A model generated the notes under the pieces. The model was not told the DNA's origin. It did no database searches and was given only the letters and a program-made list of their open reading frames with translations. Positions 1 to 13,382 of a stretch of DNA of 64,000 bases are shown piece by piece. The position numbers and the translations under genes are program-made. The DNA is from Macrostomum lignano (Eukaryota), in NCBI GenBank assembly GCA_002269645.1, contig NIVC01000647.1, positions 1 to 64,000 on the forward strand, read 5' to 3'. Positions within the stretch are counted from its first letter, which is position 1. Each line of letters begins with the position of its first letter.

Positions 1-180
1 ATAGCCAACACTCACGATGCAGGAATAAATGGATTGCTAATCTAGCCAGCATCACTGATGAAGGAATAGAATGGATTGCTAATCTAGCCAACATCACTCA
101 TGGGATGAAGGAATATAATGGATTGCTAATCTAGCCAGCATCACTGATGAAGAAATAGAATGGATTGCTAATCTAGCCAA
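1..180. repeat. Tandem repeat, about 43-47 bp unit (core ATGGATTGCTAATCTAGCC), cut by the window start
   Basis: The core GGATTGCTAATCTAGCC recurs four times, with ATAGCCAACA-like remnants at the window start. Confidence 0.8.
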
Positions 181-765
181 TTATCAAGCGCACTGAGTAA
201 CCCGGATGAAAAGCTGCTGCAGTCCTTAGCTGATCAATAATCTGCAGGGAATTACAAGCTGATGCCATCATCCTTAAGCCACGGATGGGGTAAAAAGTAG
301 AAAAGTACACAGTAGTAGAAGCTTCAAACTTTGGGAGGGGAACCCAGATCGTTAACCTATTAGTCAAGGCATTTGGCTTTGACATTTGAAATCCAGCAGC
401 ACGTAGTAAACGGCGAATCAGGGCTGCGCTCACTCGCAAATGATCCATCAATCATGGATGGCCAATCTAGCTGGTTCGAGTTTAAAAGACAACTATTTAG
501 AATAATATTAGATATATAAACGGTTTAACAGAGGCGCAAAATACATTTTAATTTCCACTACCAGCAGTTGGTATCGTGTGTGGTCCAGCAGAGTATAGAA
601 AAAGCCTTGGGAAGATGGGAAAAGACGAGAGAGAGAGAGAGAGGAGAGAGTCGAATGGGGGAGAGAGGCAGTAGGGGATTCCCTGATCGGACCAAAGGAA
701 GGGGGGCGAAGCGTGCAGCGAGAAGTGGATCGCGCTCGGACGGGGGAGCCCGGGCAAGAGAAGAG

Positions 766-813
<48 letters not shown>

Positions 814-2280
814 GAGAGAGCGCGAGAAAGATAGCAAAATGGCTTAGTTGCCAGGGTTTTTCGAAACGAATGACGGAGTTTATCCAGCCTGGCGCATTGC
901 CCAGTTCTGAATTGCCCTGAAAGTGGGGGAGGGAGCTGGGGGAGCTAAAAGAGGGGCAGGGCAGGGCCGGTGCTGCACTCGAGTGTCTCTGCAGCTTGGC
1001 TGCAAAGAATGCCGCATAATTCAAGCTATACGGTGGTGCTGCACCATGCCTAACCGAATCCAGAGAGAGAGTGTGTGTGTGCGTGGCCAGCCCACCGCAT
1101 CGCCTGCATGGGAGAGTCTAAAAAAGCGCAACACCCACCCCGCCTCTGAGCCATCGAAATGGGATGTCACCCTGCTAACGGGGGACGATTTATGCTAGAG
1201 AGGTTTTGGGTTTTGTATGGGGCGCGACCCGCCTACCAGGAGTTTATGCGCGTTTCGGTTGAAACCGAAGCGCGGTCACTGCATGAGTTCGGCCATGTAT
1301 TTTTCATAGGCCGGCAGAATGGGATGGGGAGGGAGGGTTGCTTGATTTCCCAGCAACTGCAGGCTGCTGCAGTGTAGCAACAAATTTATGGCAGCATACC
1401 GAGCCGCTGAGTCAATTAACCACAACAGCATGCATGAGTTCTTAGAGCAAAAACGCATCAAAGTATCTTATAGTATTTTCTGCCTGCCTCTAATGTTTTA
1501 CTCTATTTACATGAAAATCATATAGAAAACTGGACGAAAATGCATCAGTAGCGACAGCTTAAATACAAAAACAGCGAAAAAACTACAACTGGTTCTTAAT
1601 TGAAGAATCTTTTTGTAAGGAAGCTCAGAATTGTTATGCTGAAAATGACGATTTACATTTTTTGCAGCTCATGTATACTCAGCAACATCGAAAAGTCGCC
1701 ATCACAGAACATTCCGTCTGTGGTCGCCACTTTTAAGAGAGCAAGTAAAGTCTCAATCTCAGTGACGCAACTCAGCTACGCAGACTTGAGTTGAGGAATG
1801 AAGTGGGGAGCGGTGTGCGAGGGTTGGGCGGATTAAAGCTATTAAAGATATTTCAGAATAGTTTATGAGAAAGCGCTCACTGGCTCATAGAGTGGCGAAT
1901 TTTTAATGTTGCTGAGTATATACTCCGAAATATACATTTATCTTGCTTCAAAAATCTGACATACTCGCACCTGTATAATAAACAAAATCGATTGCTTTCA
2001 AATCTGCTTTGAGCAAAATAATTTGCAGCGAGGCCATTTGTCGTTGTGGGAACCGAGACATTTAAACAAAATGATAAACATTCTTTGTCTGAGACACCCG
2101 TTTCCACTTTTCAGTCCCCATCTTCTAGAAAACTTTAGATTTAGTTTAAATTTTGCAAACGAAAATAGCCTCGCATGATGAGAATAATTTGCAGATACCA
2201 GTAAAAGCAAAACGCTAATGTATAATGTACAGCATCTGAATGAATACTTAAAGCAGGAGCTGAAGGACGGATTTGTTATA

Positions 2281-5267
2281 TCATAATTTCCGGTTCAATA
2301 AGCAAACGGCCGCGCTACTGTCATGGTGCAGTCTCGGTTGTCCAAGCTGATCCACCCTAACAGAGCATTTCGTCAAGATGTGCCTGATAACTTCATCGGT
2401 CTTCACATGGCGCTTATCGTAGCGCTTGAGCATCTCCTTGAGCATCTGCCTGGCCTCAGTTGTACTATCTGTAATCAACGCTACCGCGTGAAGCTCTTCA
2501 AAGTCGGCACTCCGCCAATCGCCGCGGACATCATCCAGAAAGGCTTTGGTAGCAGATCCAGCTTGATCAGGGCTATCAGAGAAACTCATTCGCAGAAGAT
2601 ACAGCAAAACAACAAAGTTCAAGTAGACTCTCCTCTCGTGAAACGGCAACACGCTGGGGAAGCACGCCCGGCAGACCAGGTTGATCGACTGATCTCGATC
2701 TGGAGCGAACCGGATGCAGTCCACTGTTCCGTGGCCCATGCGACAGCAGATTCGCCACAGAGTGTCGTGGCCAGTCAGCTGACTCCAGATCGCCTCTTGG
2801 TTTTAGTTTTACTCAGTCCTTCCTTGATAGTCAAGTTTCGCAGAACGCGGCTGCTTTGATTGTCCAACAAAACCTTCCGTGCTGCTTCCTCATCGCCCAG
2901 TCTCATTAAGGCTAAGACTCTAAGGCAAATCTTGGCCGTATTAGCAAAGCTTGGAATCTTGTCTAGTTCGAGCATAAAATTCTGGGAAAGAGGCCTGTCT
3001 AACTTAATTAGCTCCATCAAGATCCGCTTGATTCGAATGTAAGCATTATGGTAGGCATCAGTCGATTCCTGGTCGCAAATTAACGAGAAGCCGAACGGGA
3101 ACAACGCAAACGGGTGCACTGATAAATATCCAGGATCTTCCAGCGGCTTCAGTTGATCTCGGAATTCAGTTATGTATCTGTCAATATTTCCAATCACATG
3201 GTTAATGTGCTCCACAATCTTGCATTTTGGGTAATGATCCTTTTTAAAAAACAAAATGGTATCTTTTAGGAAGAAATGCGGCATGCAGTACTCTTCAATG
3301 TTGGACTTTTCTGTCATATAGTTTCGCAGCATGTGTAGAGCTGTAATCAATAGGGTTCGAAAATTCTCCGTCTTCCAAGCTTCTTTCGGCGTCTTCTTCA
3401 ACATAAACAGCTGTATGGACTTGGCGTGGTAAGACTTTAAACCGAAACTTTCGTGTTCTGCAGTGCGAATACCGAGCACTTTCTTGACAATGTACTTGAG
3501 AATAATATAGAACTGACCCTGCTCAGTGGTCAGTGAGCGGAGAACAATCCTCTCCAGAATTGATGTGCTCACTCTCAATTGAGTTCCTTCCTTGTTCGGC
3601 GTTCCCGCGCGGATCAGATGGCAAGGATACTTTGGTGACTTTACTGCGTTACAGAGCTTCTGAAGCACTTCATCTGGAAAGTGTTCCTTGTCTTCTACCG
3701 AAGCAAGCATGCTGATTTCCGGATAGCCACACGCTGCATATGAGTAAACAATATCCATGCTGGGTGTCACATGCGATGCCTGGGTTGTCATCGCTGGCTG
3801 CGACACTACAATTATTAACAAGAGGCACGGGAGTCTGTAGATGCCAATTATATTTCAAAGATTCAAATAGCAACAGCCATGCCAAACTTACCAACAGAGC
3901 GTTTAATTCTAATGTGCCCATTCTTGTAGATGTATTTCATGCCCTCGTCAATAGCGCACTGGCAAGCACCTTGGATGTGATAGCTCTGTCCCAGCATTAT
4001 CTCGGTGAAGTCTATGTCCGACTCTCTGCTGACCGAGCCATCCACTGAGCTCAGATTGCAGCCCCAGCCGTCGCCGAAGCTGCCCAGGATGAAAATGGTT
4101 CTAGAATCCTTCTCCAGGTTATTTCCTTCTTCTTTTGGAAGAAAGACCTATAGACGCCCTGCACTACGTCGGCGGCAGCGGTTTGCACTCGCGATCGTTC
4201 CCTGGTGAAGCCTGCTTCAGACATCCTTTTGCTCAGCTCGTTCATATCGACAGGCTGCCTGAAAAACAAAAATTGTAGACATTTCCGCTTAACTTAAAAA
4301 TACGAGTAAACGCATTCACATGAGCATCAAGCTACAATCAATAGTAAGAAGCTTACAAAGAGCTACAGGCGGGTTTTTGTTCAGAACGCAAAGACGCTTC
4401 TGGATGAAGCAAATCGGCCAGCTCTTCGTTACCAAGGCTTTTGCAAATCTCAATGGCATGACGCCTCTGCTGCTCAGACACTCGGTCCCAAAGCAGGCGA
4501 GCGGTGGAACGGCGGTCGTAGGCGCAGCTCTGCGCCAGAGGGCACACTGTTGAACTGTCGGATTCATCGATATCCGGATTGTCACCCGAGCTCAGCAACA
4601 GCTTCACTACCGAATCGTGTCCGTTGCATGCAGCCAGCGATAGAGCTGTTTGTCCATCAGTACAGCGAGCCTCAATATTGGCTTGATAGTCGATGAGGAT
4701 CTTCACAATATCAACAAAGCCGCCTTCGGCAGCCGCCATGAGAGGTGTGTGACCGTCATCTCTGGCCAGCTCCGAGTCTGCACCAAGCCCGATTAGGAGT
4801 TCAACAATTTGCCGAAAGTTTGACTGGCACGCCACCCACAGGCAGGATTCTCCGTTGCTTCTGGTCGCGTTGTAATTGCAGCGAGAGTCAATCAGCAGTT
4901 TCACAATTTCGTAGAATCCGTAAGAAGTGGCCGTCCACAGGGCCGTCACGCCCCGAGAATCGGGAATCTCGGGATCGGCTCCCCCGTCGAGCAGAGTCTG
5001 AATGACTTCAATGTGCCCGTTGGCCGCTGCAATCCACAGTCCCGTCACATTGCCGTTTCGCAACTGAGCGTCGAGGTTAGCCTTCTTCTCGATGAGAACT
5101 CTGAGACAGTCTAAACAGACGTTCCTAGACGCGAACCAAACTGCAGTCTCGCCGTTTTTATTTTCGTAGTTGGGATCTACTCCGGTGTCGATCAAGTCGC
5201 GTAGCCGTCTCGACAGGTTTTCTTTCGCACATTTCAGCAGCTCTTCGCCAGAGTCTGCCGATGCCAT
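2281..5267 (-). CDS. Ankyrin-repeat + Mab-21/cGAS-like nucleotidyltransferase (cGLR-type), copy A; 3 exons, two apparent frameshifts
   Basis: Exon 1 (5267-4357) encodes about 7 ankyrin repeats (GETAVWFAS, GVTALWTAT, GHTPLMAAA, GQTALSLAA). Phase-2 intron 4259-4356 and phase-1 86-nt intron 3806-3891, both GT-AG. NTase motifs: ILGSFGDGWG...ESDIDF, SMDIV, LRVSTSILE, LKSYHAK, CMPHFFL. A helical C-terminal region follows. Frameshifts at about 4130 and about 2800. Confidence 0.85.
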
Positions 5268-5717
5268 TCAGGCAGATCTGAGTGGCATTGCTGCTGCAGA
5301 GGAGTGGCTTCTTCAGTTCTTTTGCTTAGTACCTTTTAATTGGCACCGGTATGAATTGGTTGAAACGAGTGTTTATAAGCGGCTACGAGCTATGTGCTTG
5401 TGTTTATGATATAATAGCTGAATATAGAGTAGCTTACTATAAATGAATGAGCATCGCAGCTATATAAACAGAACAATTAAACTGTACAGTGTACCGTGCA
5501 AAATGTACAGCGCTGCCTTGTACGGGCGCACTGTTACGGAGAAAGCCTAAAAAAAGGTACTTCATGCCCGCATACGCTCGTGCTCATGCACGAGTACACT
5601 TAGCCTGACAAATTCAAAAAGGAACATAAGTTCCTCTCTACCAATCTACTATGGATGACTCACACTCACCGGCCAACCATTCTCTGTCTGTGTCTGGCTG
5701 CTGAAATGCGCGCTCAC

Positions 5718-6302
<585 letters not shown>

Positions 6303-6493
6303 GGCTTACAGACTGTAGGGCAAGATAAAAACCAAAAGGCAACAATTTACCTCGTACTTTTTAAACTGAAACAATGCCAATTCAAAGTGCGGCATGCGAT
6401 ATTTACTATGGGGTTAGAATGGTTTGGCATGCGGAATAAAAAAATTCCTATATGAAAAAAATTCCTGCCGATCTACAGTAGATACATGTTAGG

Positions 6494-9400
6494 TTAAACA
6501 TCGGCAAGTCTATTGAAACAGGCTTTTGCGTCAGAGTCGTGACGGACAGCCGAACAGTCAACTTTCCGACCAAGAATTTGATTGATGAGGACGTCCGTCT
6601 TCTCGTGACGCAAATTGAAAAGTCTGCGCATCGCCTGCAAGGCCACTCGCTTTTTGTCCCGATCAGTGGCGAGCTGAGCGGCTGCAAACAACTCCTCGAA
6701 ATCAGCGCCTCTGCAGCTGTGATCAATGACAAGTTGCGACCAAGCGAGGCCGCGGTCTGTATCAGAGGGATTCAGAAGTCGCAGTCTGAGGAGCTGCAGC
6801 AGCACTTCAAAGTTCAGGTACAGCCGCCTGTCGTGGTTTGGTATCCGGCTGGGGAAGCACGCCCGGCAGACAACGGGAGAGAAGCTCTCGTTGTCTTCAA
6901 AATCGATCCGGCAGCACATTCGCCACATTGAATCGCAGCTTTTCAACTGCTCCAAGATGTTCAGCTTGATACTCTCGAAGCTGCTTTCTTTGTCTGCACT
7001 GACAGACAGGTATCGACAGGCAGTAAACTCGCTGTGCTCGAGTAGTAGGCGTCTGGCATCTTCGTTTTCACCTTGACGAATGAGCATCAACACTTTTAGA
7101 CAGAGCTTGGCAGTGCGAGCGAACTCTGGTAGACAGTCAATACCCGAGCCAATGTCTTCCGGCAGCGCGCTGTCCTTGGCTATTCCAGTGTAAGCTTCAG
7201 GCACTTCTTGATGCGAATGTAGGCATTGTGAAACACATTCTCCGACTCTGTCGAATCGTCAAACAGAGAAAAGCCGAATGGAAAAAGCGTAAAAACATGC
7301 AGCGAAAGATGATCGTTGCATTCAAGTGGCTTCAGTTGATTTTTAAATTCGACCAAGTATCGATCGATATTTTCAATCACGTGACTAATGAGCTGTATGA
7401 TCCTAGACTTTGGGAGATGGTCTCTCTTCAAATACAACACCGCATCCTTCAGAAAGAAATGCGGCATGCAGTACTTCTCATCGTCTGAGTAGTTGTTCAT
7501 AAAAGACTTTAGCATAGCGAGCGCTGAGATCAGCAGCTGGCGAAGATTATCGACTGACCACGCGTCGCTGTCAGTTTCCTTCAGCATGAAGAGCAGCAGC
7601 GATTTCGCGTGATACGATTTGAGGCCAACGCATTGGTACTCTTCTCTTCTAGTACCAAGCACTCTCTTGATGATGAACTTCAGTAGAATGTAAAACTGAC
7701 CCTGCTCGGTGCTCAGCGAGCGTAGAACTATGCTCTCCAGGATTGAAGTGCTCAATCTCAGCTGAGTGCCCTCTTCGTCTGGCGTTCCAGCGCGTATTAG
7801 CTGAACCAGGTGCGTCACCAGTGCGACTTCTTTTTTCAGCAGTGCCGTGATTTGCTTTGGAAAGTGCTTGCAGTCCACTTCACTGTCGGTTACAATGCTC
7901 AGTGCTGGATAGCAGCAGGCGGAATAGGCGTAAACAACGTCCATGCTGGGCGTTACAGGAGACGCCTGAGTTGTCATGGCTGGACGCGAACCTAAATTTA
8001 TTGGTTTATTGCGAGAAATGTATTGGTAATTTTTTGGATAATATTCTTTTAAGTTCGAGAATGGAAGAAAAACTAACCAACAGTAAGTTTTCCGGCAAGC
8101 ATAACGTGTCCGCTTGTAGACAACCTTTTCCTCTTCAGACACGTCTTTGCACTTGCAAAAGTTCTTCAGGTGAAACTTTTGGCCACGCATGATCTCTGCG
8201 AAATCAATATCGGAGTCAAGGCCTATGGAACCGTCCGCTGTGCTGAGATTGCAGCCCAAGCCATCGCAGAAGCTTCCAAGAACATAGAAGTTGTCGATAT
8301 GAAAATAACACCTGAAAATGTCTTGCACAATATCAGCTGCGGCGGCGATGACTAGCGACTTTTCCTTTGTAAATCCTGACCGCTTCATTTCTGCCGATAA
8401 TTCACTAAAATATTTAAGGAATTTAGCTCCGATTTTTCATATATGTCCATCATGTGTGGGGCAAAATGTTCTCGTCGTTTCAAATAATCTACTTAAGAAT
8501 TTAAAATCGAAAAAAAATATTCCGGGCATTTACCCCATATCTAGACAATATGCCGACGATTCTTGACCTTGAAGATCTTGAAGATCTTCAAGAACTTGAA
8601 GAAGCGCTTTCAGCTCTTTGCTACCAAGGCTTTTGCAAATCTCAATGGCATGACGCCTCTGCTGCTCAGACACTTGGTCCCAAAGCAGGCGAGCGGTGGA
8701 ACGGCGGTCGTAGGCGCAGCTCTGCGCCAGAGGGCACACGGTTGAACTGTCGGATTCATCGATATCCGGATTGGCACCCGAGCTCAGCAACAGCTTCACT
8801 ACCGAATCGTGTCCGTTGCATGCAGCCAGCGATAGAGCTGTTTGTCCATCAGTACAGCGAGCCTCAATATTGGCTTGATAGTCGATGAGGATCTTCACAA
8901 TATCAACAAAGCCGCCTTCGGCAGCCGCCATGAGAGGTGTGTGACCGTCATCTCTGGCCAGCTCCGAGTCTGCACCAAGCCCGATTAGGAGTTCAACAAT
9001 TTGCCGAAAGTTTGACTGGCACGCCACCCACAGGCAGGATTCTCCGTTGCTTCTGGTCGCGTTGTAATTGCAGCGAGAGTCAATCAGCAGTTTCACAATT
9101 TCGTAGAATCCGTAAGAAGTGGCCGTCCACAGGGCCGTCACGCCCCGAGAATCGGGAATCTCGGGATCGGCTCCCCCGTCGAGCAGAGTCTGAATGACTT
9201 CAATGTGCCCGTTGGCCGCTGCAATCCACAGTCCCGTCACATTGCCGTTTCGCAACTGAGCGTCGAGGTTAGCCTTCTTCTCGATGAGAACTCTGAGACA
9301 GTCTAAACAGACGTTCCTAGACGCGAACCAAACTGCCGTCTGGCCGTCTTTATCAGCATGGTTTACTGAGGCGCCTGCGTCGACGAGTCTCTTTAATTCC

Positions 9401-9501
9401 TTGTAATCATTTTTTTCAGCTACTCGAAGTAGTTGTTCGCCTTCAGCCGATATAAGGTTTTGATCGGGGATATGCTGCTCCAGACTCGCACGTGTAATCA
9501 T
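6494..9501 (-). CDS. Ankyrin-repeat + Mab-21/cGAS-like nucleotidyltransferase (cGLR-type), copy B; two apparent frameshifts
   Basis: The ankyrin ORF 9501-8530 is nearly identical to copy A. Probable phase-2 intron of about 8406-8533 and homologous 86-nt intron 7992-8077. Motifs: VLGSFCDGLG...DSDIDF, SMDVV, LRLSTSILE, LKSYHAK, CMPHFFL. The C-terminal ORF 6494-7204 is homologous to copy A (VCRACFP, LYLNF, GADFEEL). Frameshifts at about 8112 and about 7190. Confidence 0.85.
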
Positions 9502-10340
9502 GGTCGTGAAAGCTTTTCTACCAGACGTACGAGCGTAAAGATTAGATCGAAAACTCTAAGTGGAACTTGCTGTCATGCGTATTTACGTTTCACTCTGAGC
9601 ACCCGAAGTTTTCTTGCCCTTGCTGCAAAATTCAGTGTACACGCTGCACATGCGCTGTACGCGAGACTGTACTTTGTGCGTACACTGGTGTGGAAGTCAA
9701 TTACCCTGTCTTTTAAAATTCGAAAATCAATTTTATTAATAAATAGTGAATTCTATCAAGACCATTGTTTACTTATTAAGGCTTTGAATATAGCATGCCG
9801 CATTTCAAACCGAAGCGGCTAAAGTAAACTTGTAAGCTTGTAACTTGTATGTAAAATCATATTAAAAGTAAATATTATTGGAAGTATGAGGTCCAACTTG
9901 GATTTTGATTTATTGAAGCAAAAGCCATTGTACAGCAAATTATAACTTCAAACTCTCGACCACCCAGGAAGAAAATCTACTTAGCGAATAGAAAAATATC
10001 TGAAAGTTATGAAGATTCACAACACCGTTGCAGATAATTTTGATGAGAAGTTCAGGCCAGACCCTCACAGTCCTCGTCATCTCCAGCAGATCTGGGAAAG
10101 TGCAGGACGTAATTAGCTGCTAAAAGTCATTGCTGATAGTTTACTCTCATCAAAGTTTGGCACGGTTGGCCCCAATGGGACCCATTGCCTTGGAGAGATG
10201 GCCTGGGCAGCCGCCTACGATATCAGGCCTAGTTGTTAGTTCGTAGTTGGTGTCGACACGCCAAGCGACACGCTAAAAATCCCTTGTGGGCATCATTTCC
10301 TGCTCAGTTTACGGTCTGCCATCTAATTTCTGCATTGCAG

Positions 10341-12596
10341 GCGGCCGCATGTGGTTCTACGGAAGTGCGGAGACATCGTGGATCGAGATGACACGCTCCG
10401 ATGGTCCCGAAACCATATCCGGGCATCAGGTCTTCTTTCAGACGTGCTGCAAACTATTCGGCAAGGGTCAGTTAATGTGCAGTTTTGATGTGGAAATTTC
10501 TAGATTTTCTTCTCATAAAGATTTAAATTGGTTTCTAATTTTAGACGGATAGAAATCCTGCCCAAGCCCAAGTGCCTTAGCTTACTTCTTACTGGAAAAA
10601 TCTACCATAAAAAGTCCGGCAATGTGCTAACGATAAGGGCAGGAGCACAGTTTGCCTCATTTGAGTGGCTTACTGGACTCCGTGCTCATTTAGATTATTT
10701 TAGACAAAGCGCGTCCATGTCTCCCCAATGGCACTTTTACCCCCACTGTGCACGGACTTGATCCCGCCTGGTTCCGTTTCTTCAGTGTTTTTAAGTGACA
10801 CGTTAATCGATTAGGCTCAGGGCTCGGTCTCAATAACTGTGTGGTTTGTTTTCTTCGATTGAGAGCTCCGGCTTGAGTATTGCTAGCACATTTCGGAGCA
10901 AGGGAAGCTTCAGGAAATTGGGACAGAAAAAACTATCCAATATAGGCAGACAAATACGCCAAACTAGAACTACAGCACACAGTGGAGCTGAACTAGATGC
11001 CGTCGAAGTATATGTTGTATTTTGTTTATTGAAGCATAAATTTTGCTTTATTTCTTCCAGACTTTGACGAAAATAGCGACGGATCCTGCTACACAATCAG
11101 TCCCGGTTTCCACCAGTTTCCATTCAAGTTTCAACTGCCAGAAAGGCTGCCTTCATCATTCGAATATTACTCAGAGACAGGCCGAATCAAGGCGCGCATT
11201 ACATTCAACGTCAAGGCGGAAGTTGAAAACGCGAAGCGCTCGGCCAGTCATAGTCGGGAGCGAACGATACTAGTTGTGAATTACTATGACTTGAACGCTC
11301 ACCGTCATCTTATTGTAAGTGATTCGCCATAATCAGTAATGAGTACGAGCATGATGAAGGAATAGAGCAATGCTTAGTAGAAAACGCCGTCGAAATCTCT
11401 AGAGCGTTACAAACAGTCGTCATAACCGTTTAACCATGATGCGACATTTCGAATCAAAATTATCATCCAGGATCGGTCTGCTTGAAAAAGGAGATCTCCC
11501 TAGCCTATTGCTGCGTGAGCAAAGGACGGATAATCTGCGAATTATCGCTGGCAAAAACTGGCTACGTACCTGGCGAGACAATGGACATTAGCGTGCACCT
11601 GTTCAACAGTTCCTCGCCTGCGTCCGCAGCACCCACATCACCTTCCAGCAGCGCGTGTTCCTGTCGGCAGGCAGTCATAGGAAAGTGGCCTCGGCGCTGA
11701 TATTCAGCATCTCTGGCCAACGCGTCAAACCCGGCGCTTCGGGTTATTACCACGACGTGATCCACATCCCACCTCTGCCGCCAACTGGAATGCCGCACTG
11801 CGAGATTATCGATCTGGAATATGTGGTGCAGGTGAGTACTGAAGTTTTTATGCATTTGAAGACGCAAGACAGTTTCTTATTGCTAGATTTGAATCATTTT
11901 TCTTGCATCAGTAGAACTCAGAAGAAGCTAGCCGTTGACGGGACTAGCCGCACATAGTCACTAGCGGGAACTTACCAGGTTTTGATCGAATTCGCGATAA
12001 ACCAATTCAGACACGCGAGCTAAATTAGCTAGCTTAGGACAGTCAACAGCTATAAAATGCAAGCATCAATAGAAAGGCGTCAACGCTAAAACCCCAAATC
12101 AAGCCGAGACCAGTTCTGCCTAATAAAACTGCTTCTGAGCGAGTCTGGCACACGAGACGGAACTCAATTAATCCCATGCTGCCAAATGTAACGAATTTCG
12201 ATTTCGATTCCGCACCAAGCCAGCTTTAACTTCGGCAGCCTCTCTCGGTCCTCTGCACCCGACTCAATCTTGCCGATTTTTTCTTCTTCTGGTTTCTTAG
12301 TTAAGACTCCTTAGCTAGGGAATAGCATGCTTGAGCATTGCTTTAGTACAAATCATTGCTATTATTGATCCGATCCGCGATGCCACAGAACATGCCGCTG
12401 CTTGAAAAAATCGAATGCCAACGGAGCGGATGAAGGCAAGATGTACCCCGAGAACAGAGAGCACTTTATTACATCGCGTTTTAGAAGTTGGGAAAAGTAT
12501 TACCCAAAGTGGTGCTCAGATAGGGTTTTTTCGGTGCATGACATGGCTGTCACATGGCTACCACAAAAAGTTACTTACGCAATTGAACTGGATTAG

Positions 12597-12638
<42 letters not shown>

Positions 12639-13382
12639 CTGATTACACACTCCCCCATCCCGTTTTGCATCCTACAGATTCAAATCGAGGCCTCGGGAGC
12701 TTTCGGGCAAACGCAGGTGCTTGAGCTGAGCCTGCCAGTCATCATAGGTAACGTGCCGCTTCGCGAATCTTTCATGGACAACAAGCAAGGTGAGTGTTTT
12801 TCACCTTAGGCTTCTGATGCACCGCTGGTACTCCTGTCTCTCCAATGAGATTTTTCTAAACGGAAAAGTTAATGTAGAGTTATAACTACGAGCGTACAAG
12901 GTCTTAAAAGGCTACCAAAATGCACACAAAAACACGCATATTCGCAATAGCCTATGCCACGCTTTGCAGTTGTCCCCTGCTTTGCCCACTTCGATTTCGG
13001 CACCGGAGACATTATCGAGCACAGTCCCAGCGAGCTGTCAACGGAAACGCCTCGGCCTGTGTACACCTACTACAAAACCGAGCGGCGACCTCTTGCCGGT
13101 ACCGACTATGGCGACGGCGCAGGCACGGATTCCGTTATTGGCGTTGGCTACGGCAGCAGCAGTCAGGTGAGTCTCGACCGCGGACGTCAGCAGCAGCAGC
13201 AGCAACAGCAGCAAAATTTACGACCAATTATGGCTGCATCTTCCCTGGATACCAATGCATCATCCAGCCTGATGGCTAGCGGCGGAGGCGGAGGAGGCGG
13301 AGGTGGAGGCGGCGGCGGCGGAGGCAGGTGTTCCAGCCGGTCCAGTTACGGTGGACGAAACGGCACCATCACAGCCATCTGA
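10341..13382 (+). CDS. Arrestin-domain-containing (alpha-arrestin/ARRDC-like) protein, multi-exon; first exon uncertain (possibly about 10008-10110)
   Basis: Exons 10341-10466 (FYGSAETSW), 11061-11314 (PGFHQFPFKFQLPERLPSSFE), 11471-11831 (LAKTGYVPGE, IPPLPPT), 12678-12789 (LSLPVIIGNVPL) and about 12951-13382 (polyQ/polyG tail), with GT-AG boundaries. The 11471 exon has two single-base frameshifts. Confidence 0.8.
12601..12637. repeat. (CA)n microsatellite in an arrestin-gene intron
   Basis: Direct read of the sequence. Confidence 0.95.

Noticed and set aside
173-451. 92-aa minus-strand ORF as a third cGLR copy or retroelement piece
   Set aside because: No ankyrin, Mab-21 or RT motif recognised.
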